DNA from: an uncultured Nitrososphaerota archaeon
GTDB lineage: Archaea > Thermoproteota > EX4484-205 > JAAOZO01
Reading direction: 5' to 3'
Assembly (NCBI GenBank): GCA_964408285.1
Contig: CAYOYV010000004.1
Location: forward strand, 1 to 64,000
Length of the DNA: 64,000 bases
Positions 58,013 through 64,000 of this stretch are shown piece after piece. Made by a program: the position numbers and the translations under genes. The notes beneath the pieces are model-generated. The model searched no databases. It saw only the letters and a program-made list of their open reading frames with translations, and was not told the origin of the DNA. Numbering within the stretch: the stretch's first letter is position 1; every line of letters begins with the position of its first letter.

Positions 58013-59088
58013 TCGAGGGAGGAATGGACAAGGTTAGGGTGGGCTTCGTGGGAGTAGGACAGATGGGGCAGTGTGCCCATTTGAGGAACTACGTCAACAT
58101 GTTGGACTGCGAGGTCGTCGCTATTGCAGAATTGCGTCCTAAATTGGCAAAACTCGTTGCTACGAGATTCGGCATCCCCAATGTCTACAGGAATCACAGG
58201 GAAATGATAGGGGCGGAGACTCTCGATGGGATAGTTGCCGCGCAGCAATTCACCCGCCATGGGCAGATTGTGCCGGAATTGCTCAAGGCCGGCACTCCAA
58301 TCTTCATAGAGAAACCACTAGCCTCTTCAGTTGAAACAGGAGAGAGGATCGTTCGGGCGGTCGAGAAGAGCGGGACATGGGTGATGGTGGGATATCATAA
58401 GAGAAGCGATCCAGCAACCATCTACGCCAAGGCGGAGATTGACCGGTTGAAACAGACAGGGGAGCTAGGTGAGATGCGCTATGTCAGAATCACAATGCCA
58501 CCAGGCGATTGGATAGAAGAGGGTTTCATTGGACAAGTCACAACAGATGACCCAATACCTAAGCTTGAGGAGGATCCTCCTGATTCCGAGATGGACGAGG
58601 CCACCTATGAGGAATACGTCAGCTTCGTCAACTATTACATCCATCAGGTGAATCTCCTTCGACACTTCCTCGGAGAATCCTATGGCGTTAAGTACGCCGA
58701 TGTATCAGAACGTCTTCTCCTTGGCCAGAGTATGAGCGGAATTCCCGTGGTCTTGGAGATGGCGCCCTATTTCACCACGGTTGATTGGCAGGAATCAGCA
58801 CTTGTATGCTTCAGGAACGGTTGGATCAAACTGGACCTGCCAGCTCCGCTGGCCTCAAATAGGCCGGGAACTGTTACAATATTCAGAGATCCGGCCAAAG
58901 GGGCAGTACCCCAGACCGTGATTCCACAACTTCCTTGGATTGGTGCAATGCGACAACAGGCAATCAACTTCGTAAAAGCCATAAAGGGAGAGATGAAGCC
59001 CCCATGTGAAGCAGGAGAAGCCCTAGACGATCTGAGAATCGCACGAGACTACATCAGACACATCAAATCATCGAACCCTAGTCCATGA
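58009..59088 (+). CDS. Gfo/Idh/MocA oxidoreductase
   Basis: VGFVGVGQMGQCAH, IEKPLA, VGYHKR and IHQVN. Confidence 0.88.
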   Translation: MIEGGMDKVRVGFVGVGQMGQCAHLRNYVNMLDCEVVAIAELRPKLAKLVATRFGIPNVYRNHREMIGAETLDGIVAAQQFTRHGQIVPELLKAGTPIFIEKPLASSVETGERIVRAVEKSGTWVMVGYHKRSDPATIYAKAEIDRLKQTGELGEMRYVRITMPPGDWIEEGFIGQVTTDDPIPKLEEDPPDSEMDEATYEEYVSFVNYYIHQVNLLRHFLGESYGVKYADVSERLLLGQSMSGIPVVLEMAPYFTTVDWQESALVCFRNGWIKLDLPAPLASNRPGTVTIFRDPAKGAVPQTVIPQLPWIGAMRQQAINFVKAIKGEMKPPCEAGEALDDLRIARDYIRHIKSSNPSP

Positions 59089-59171
59089 AATTTCGCCTAT
59101 CAAGCGACCACTACAATTTCCAGTTTCACAAAGTGCCGAAACCGCTGGCTTGCCATATACGCTGGAATACC

Positions 59172-61052
59172 TCATACAGTGGGCGGCGGAGGTGGAATCT
59201 CAAGTGGCGGACCAGTCCGTCCTCTTGCCAATATCATCAGAGCTATCGACACAAATGTAGCAGTCACTCCCCACATCAGATAGAAAGTCAACGGAATCAC
59301 TTTGAACAGGGTGCAGCAATATAGCGTGAATGAACTGAAGAAGATTCCAAACCAGATGACCTTACTGTGCCTGAATATTTCCTCTCCCTCCAAAGGTTTT
59401 GTAGGGAACGAAGTAAAGCAAGCACTCATGGTTGTAGCCAACAGGCCGACATCTCCTATTATCGTATAGCCTAAATCATACACGAAGTAGAATGGCACCA
59501 TGAGTATCAATGAGCTCACTATTTTCAGCACTGCTATCGTCGCAGATCTCTTCTTGTCAAGTTCTCCTTCATATTCAGTCCTGCTCGGCGAAGCGAAAGG
59601 TGCCAGAAATACGATGCCCGTTATGAGGAACGATATCAATCCATAGAGCCAGATCTTGGTCTCGGCCCATACGTTGGTGACGAGCGACACGAAGACGGAA
59701 AACGCGACATTGAAGAGGAATACAAACACGACAGTGAGCAGAACATATGGAATGACCGAGATCATCGTGTCAATGTCAAGGATATTTGGATATCCGTTGG
59801 CCTCGACATACGAATAGATCAAGAAGAGCATAACCGCTGAAAGCAGAACGGCCATTAGCTGTCCGGCTCTAAGGATGCCCCTCTTCCTCTTGTGTGCGTC
59901 GATCTGCTCTGGGGTTAGGCTCTTGAACGTCTCCTCTCCGTAGAATAGTAGGAAGTCCTTAAGCCAGTCTGGAATCGACAATCCGGAGATTGCGGAATTT
60001 ATCGTGGCGCCTAGGCCCGTGAAGCTCATGATGGCCGCGACCCCAGCCGACGCGCCAACTCCGACCGCAGTGGCCGTAGCCGCAGTTTCAATCGCCGGAA
60101 TTTCCCTAGGGCTCTCTTGCTGGCCTTCTTGTCGTCCTTGGCCGGCAAGGTACCTTATCGTATTCTGCAACAGCCTTTGGTTGTTTCTTTCATCAATGTT
60201 CTTTATCCCGTCCTTGTCAGAATCGTCGTCATCCCACAGATTATGATCGCCTATTATGACAACTTGCCCAAAGCCGCTCCGAATTAAGATCATGACTGGG
60301 GTATACGGTATGCCCTTACCTCGGTAGTACCAAGTCGCGTCGTTGTCTGTGGTTACTAGGGTCGTTGCTCCTGTCGATGTTATGTTTGTTGCTGCGTAAA
60401 CCTCTATCTCGCTGACGCCCTCGGTTATCTGATGTTCCTCAATCCTGTCTAATATGATCCAATATTTTTGTCCGCCAACGTAATCTGTCGGGTCACTGAT
60501 GCAGTCCCCGTAGCCGGACGAGCCGAACGATGCCCCGAATGTCCTTGCCAGCCTTTGCATATCGTCCATTGATACCCAGTCCGATATGAGTAGAAGGCTT
60601 CCTCCACCATGAACCCAATCAGATATGGCTGCGATCTCGCTGTCACTGTGTGCTTTGACGCTCAGGACGATTACCAAACAAGCGACGCCCTGCAATTTGG
60701 AGTAAGTTATGACCTCACCTGGATTCAGCGTCGAAACAGTGTATCCGATGTCACGAATGGCTCTCGCGAACCCCGAATACTTCCCCCGCGTGCTTTCGGT
60801 CGAGGATGGATTGGTCCCTATAGTTGAGAGTGGAGTATGAGCCTCATCTATCAGTACAAGGTCCCCGAAAGGAATCCCATTATTTATGTTCGAGCTCTTG
60901 TCTGACTGGCCGTTCGCTCTTCCCCCTGCTTGAGCATTCAGAGTGACCTGACGTGCAACGAAGCACAAAACAAATAGAATGAGAAACCAGACTATCGCAA
61001 GCCCCTTGCGCAACAGAATCACCGCTGTGCGTATGGGTTTGAGCATTTGCAC
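59172..61052 (-). CDS. Membrane protein: extracellular GIFT/DUF4350-like domain, multi-TM degenerate M50-like domain and polyproline tail
   Basis: N-terminal TM; VLIDEAH..DWVHGGGSLLLISD..GQVVIIGD..NQRLLQN; DSDKDG; about 8 C-terminal TMs; ends PPPPPTV. Confidence 0.65.
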   Translation of the reverse strand: MQMLKPIRTAVILLRKGLAIVWFLILFVLCFVARQVTLNAQAGGRANGQSDKSSNINNGIPFGDLVLIDEAHTPLSTIGTNPSSTESTRGKYSGFARAIRDIGYTVSTLNPGEVITYSKLQGVACLVIVLSVKAHSDSEIAAISDWVHGGGSLLLISDWVSMDDMQRLARTFGASFGSSGYGDCISDPTDYVGGQKYWIILDRIEEHQITEGVSEIEVYAATNITSTGATTLVTTDNDATWYYRGKGIPYTPVMILIRSGFGQVVIIGDHNLWDDDDSDKDGIKNIDERNNQRLLQNTIRYLAGQGRQEGQQESPREIPAIETAATATAVGVGASAGVAAIMSFTGLGATINSAISGLSIPDWLKDFLLFYGEETFKSLTPEQIDAHKRKRGILRAGQLMAVLLSAVMLFLIYSYVEANGYPNILDIDTMISVIPYVLLTVVFVFLFNVAFSVFVSLVTNVWAETKIWLYGLISFLITGIVFLAPFASPSRTEYEGELDKKRSATIAVLKIVSSLILMVPFYFVYDLGYTIIGDVGLLATTMSACFTSFPTKPLEGEEIFRHSKVIWFGIFFSSFTLYCCTLFKVIPLTFYLMWGVTATFVSIALMILARGRTGPPLEIPPPPPTV

Positions 61053-61350
61053 TTAAGCATTGGGGTGGCTAGAAAGTTCTGCTCATTCCATCTCCTTGCT
61101 CCCGCTCCCATGTTGGGACACAACACCCTCATTCCCATGCAGAGGCGACAAAATGGGGACAGTCCTGTTGCTTGTGACACTGCAAGATATTGCTGCTTGG
61201 TCATGAACGCAATCGGGAAAACGATGAGGCCAGATTCATCGACTAGTTATGATAGCGTATTCACAAACCTGTGTTGTCTGTTATCTCTATAGTAGAGCGA
61301 GGGGAATTCATCGAATGTTTATAATGGCATTGACTCTGAGAAGGCGCCAA

Positions 61351-62754
61351 ATGAAGAAAGTGAGCAGGCTTCATATGGTCCTATTCGCATTGGTACTGAT
61401 CTCGATTGTCAATGTTACAGGCAGATTGCCTATGACTACCAGGGCCTCAGACGGGGACGCCATCAAAGGGATCAAGGAGCTGTTGGCCTATGTGCCGTCG
61501 ATGAAATGCACAATGACGACTTCAAGTAGCGGGGCCTTTGATTTCGAGTATTCAGTCGTTGCCGAAGAAACAATGGGAGGTACTGCCTGTTGGAAGGTTA
61601 AGGCCACTTTCGGCGACTCTCTTTCAACAAACGATTATGTCATATGGATCTCAAAATCAACTGGCACGGCAGTTCAGGTTTCGATTGGTGAAGATACCTA
61701 CACCGGCGACTTGGCGACGACCATGGGTGGGGCATTCCTAGGAGCATTCAATCTCTTCTACTCATTCTGGGCTGTCTGGGACTACGAGGCCTTCTATCCA
61801 TATTGGCAAGAACATCAGGCCTACGGAACCTTCACCTTTCTAGGCACTGAGCAAAGGTCCTATGGTCCGACTACTCTGACGGTCTACAAGTGGAAATACT
61901 CAGGAACTACCGCAGCTCCTACAAGCTACCAGTGGGCAGTCGAAGGTTGGACATCTCCATCACAGACAGGCGGAATGCTCACGTATCTGTATGTGGAATC
62001 GCTTGACAAGAAGACTTGGTGGAAATGGGAGCTAATCTCAATCAAGTTCTCCGAGGCACCCAATCCTCCCAGTGTCTCAACTGGTTCAACCCGATCGAGT
62101 AGCACCGATGTGAATCCCGGGGAATCATTTACAGTGAGCATTGATTATTCAAACCCGGGGACCTCATTCGCAATTCACAATGCAGAGCTGAAAGTTGACG
62201 GAAAGGTTGTGGAAAGCAGATTGGTAACGGTCTTCCCAGGAAAAAGTGAGATTGTCACATTCGCCTTGACTATCCTAACTGAAGGTACGCACATAGTGGA
62301 GATAGATGGAAAGATGCTCTCCATAACGGTCTCGGCAACTCCACCTGCGAAATTCACGCTAAGTAACCTAAGGATTGAGCCAAGCTCCGTTGAAGTGAAG
62401 AAGACAGTCACTATTTCTGCGAAGCTGGAAAACACAGGAGGAAAGATCGGAGCTTACACGGTCGTGTTGTCGATAAACGGCAGAAAGGTGGACGAGAGGA
62501 CAGTGACGCTTATTGGAGGCGAGTCCACGACCGTCACATTCACGACTTCCAATGACCAGGCTGGAACCTACTCAGTAACTCTGGGAGATCTAAGCGGAAC
62601 ATACACTGTAAGCGAGGTATCTCCGATTCTTCTCATTGGAGCCGGTGCATTAGTTATTGTCGCTATAGCGGTGGTTCTGTTCCTAGTCACGAGAAGACCA
62701 AAACAACAAGAAGCCACACAACCACCACTTCCACCCCCGCCACCCTCTTGCTAG
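61351..62754 (+). CDS. Secreted, membrane-anchored protein with two CARDB/Ig-like domains and a polyproline tail
   Basis: Signal-like N-terminus; two repeats of V.PGE/V..T..V...N.G......L..DG/NG; C-terminal TM followed by RR and PPLPPPPPSC. Confidence 0.75.
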   Translation: MKKVSRLHMVLFALVLISIVNVTGRLPMTTRASDGDAIKGIKELLAYVPSMKCTMTTSSSGAFDFEYSVVAEETMGGTACWKVKATFGDSLSTNDYVIWISKSTGTAVQVSIGEDTYTGDLATTMGGAFLGAFNLFYSFWAVWDYEAFYPYWQEHQAYGTFTFLGTEQRSYGPTTLTVYKWKYSGTTAAPTSYQWAVEGWTSPSQTGGMLTYLYVESLDKKTWWKWELISIKFSEAPNPPSVSTGSTRSSSTDVNPGESFTVSIDYSNPGTSFAIHNAELKVDGKVVESRLVTVFPGKSEIVTFALTILTEGTHIVEIDGKMLSITVSATPPAKFTLSNLRIEPSSVEVKKTVTISAKLENTGGKIGAYTVVLSINGRKVDERTVTLIGGESTTVTFTTSNDQAGTYSVTLGDLSGTYTVSEVSPILLIGAGALVIVAIAVVLFLVTRRPKQQEATQPPLPPPPPSC

Positions 62755-62824
62755 ACCGCACAAGATCCAATAATCACATCCTTATTTGCATCCGGAACTA
62801 GGTCGAATACAAGTGGAGGCATCA

Positions 62825-63607
62825 ATGCTAGAACCGAGGAGGATCACCGAACGCCTTGATGGGCTACTCAGGGAAATAGGAGCCACGCAAGTAGGTGGTT
62901 TCCGTTTCGGAGCAAAGGTCCTAGCGGTTTCGGAGATTGCCTCTCAATACTACTGCGAGAAGGCAGTCGAACTGGGCCGGATACATGGCAAACGTGAGAC
63001 GCCCGAGATGAAAATAGGTGGTGATGCTCACGAGATCCTTCTGAAGGACGCGATCAGAGCCAAGAGGGAGAAAATCTTACGAGAGATATACTCAGGAAAA
63101 CCGGTGGGTGTCAGGGAGATGCCTCTAATCGGCAAACATGGTGATGCGGTCATCGTGGGGATAACCGACGCGATATTATTCTCAAAGAGACTGCCGGTTC
63201 TTCTGGTTGAACATAAATTCTCGATGAAGCATGTACCCTTCGCCAGTCATCATGTTCAGGCAAGATTGTACTGCTATTTACTGTACTTGATGGGTTGGAA
63301 TATTGACCAGTTGAAGTATGCAATAGTCATGGCATCGCCGAGCCTCGAGGACGACCCTGAGCTGAGAAGGATCCCACTCCATGTCATGTGGAGCTCAAAA
63401 GAAGAACGGATGCTGGTAAAACTCGCCGGGGGAAATGCACACGTCTATATCAACAGCTTTGACATTGACAAAGCCGTCGCTGACCTTGATTGGGCGCTAG
63501 GCTTCTGGAGAAAACTAAGGCGGCCGGTCCCAACAAAGAAATCGGCAAAATGCAAGGTATGTGAATTCGGGGACGAATGTGATTCTTCCCAACGGAATAA
63601 TCTGTGA
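62825..63607 (+). CDS. Solo Cas4/Exo5-like PD-(D/E)XK nuclease with Fe-S cysteines
   Basis: VSEIASQYYCE, H, GITD..VEHK, QARLY and KCKVCEFGDEC. Confidence 0.75.
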   Translation: MLEPRRITERLDGLLREIGATQVGGFRFGAKVLAVSEIASQYYCEKAVELGRIHGKRETPEMKIGGDAHEILLKDAIRAKREKILREIYSGKPVGVREMPLIGKHGDAVIVGITDAILFSKRLPVLLVEHKFSMKHVPFASHHVQARLYCYLLYLMGWNIDQLKYAIVMASPSLEDDPELRRIPLHVMWSSKEERMLVKLAGGNAHVYINSFDIDKAVADLDWALGFWRKLRRPVPTKKSAKCKVCEFGDECDSSQRNNL

Positions 63608-63692
63608 TTCTGTAGATAAGTAGGAGATGACAAACAGATGGCTGAATCTCGGCGTATCGTTACGTAAATCGGGCTGACTCGATTGAATGCTG

Positions 63693-64000
63693 CTAGCGCT
63701 CAATCGGGGGATAATATATGAACAGATGACTAATCCTATCGCTTTCCCCCATGTATATCTCTCCGTATTTTCCGGTAATCATGCTGTCGAATTCATATCC
63801 ATGCCAATACTGATCTGAGTAAGCAAGCGGAATGCCGAGATCAGTGAGGCCACCAGACTGGACGTCATATCTGAAGAGATGGGCCGAGCCGCCGACTTTT
63901 CCTGAAATGCCATAGACTCTCCTGTCTTTGCCAACCACAATCGCCCTTGTCCTTGGTTGGGCTGTCGGCTTTCCCAACGAGGTAACAGCCTTAAGTGATG
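63693..64000 (-). CDS. Partial protein, beta-propeller-like (5' end outside the window)
   Basis: Frame stays open to the window edge; repeats such as GKDRRVYG, LFRYD..DLG and GKYGEIYMG. Confidence 0.55.
   Translation of the reverse strand, partial: SLKAVTSLGKPTAQPRTRAIVVGKDRRVYGISGKVGGSAHLFRYDVQSGGLTDLGIPLAYSDQYWHGYEFDSMITGKYGEIYMGESDRISHLFIYYPPIER

Noticed and set aside
63624-63677. C/D-like layout GAGATGA..CTGA..CTGA spanning 54 nt
   Set aside because: The C box is imperfect, there is no recognisable C' box, and I could not match a guide to rRNA or tRNA.
1-64000. CRISPR array, rRNA, IS/transposase, integrase or att duplication
   Set aside because: No regularly spaced repeats, rRNA-like sequence, transposase/integrase motifs or duplicated tRNA 3' end were seen by eye.

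Overview
A 64-kb archaeal chromosomal segment. The crenarchaeal-type PolB1, an EndA carrying the Crenarchaea-specific loop, egsA, psmB-aCPSF1 and SmAP-L37e point to a TACK/Thermoproteota lineage; a Brockarchaeia- or Bathyarchaeia-like host is plausible but is inference only. The left half (~4-29.4 kb) is a dense glycan, amino-sugar and polyol catabolism island: GH29, GH1, three uncharacterised CxCxxC TIM-barrel hydrolase-like proteins, a NamZ-like muramidase with a BadF/MurK-like kinase, NagA, a glycosylasparaginase, IolB, an SIS protein, PfkB, three MDR dehydrogenases, and URO-D-like, LLM and DUF362 proteins. The right half is mostly core information-processing, lipid and cofactor genes. It also holds a tRNA-Lys(CTT) whose T-loop is interrupted by 59 nt, best explained as two introns around a 4-nt micro-exon. 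A ~2.2-kb accessory islet follows the tRNA, with a TGT-like/metallophosphoesterase fusion joined to a LAGLIDADG-like fragment. Further right are a bacterial-type ATP-PfkA and two divergent surface proteins with polyproline tails. No CRISPR array, rRNA or intact transposase was seen. All calls come from motif recognition by eye; no searches were run.
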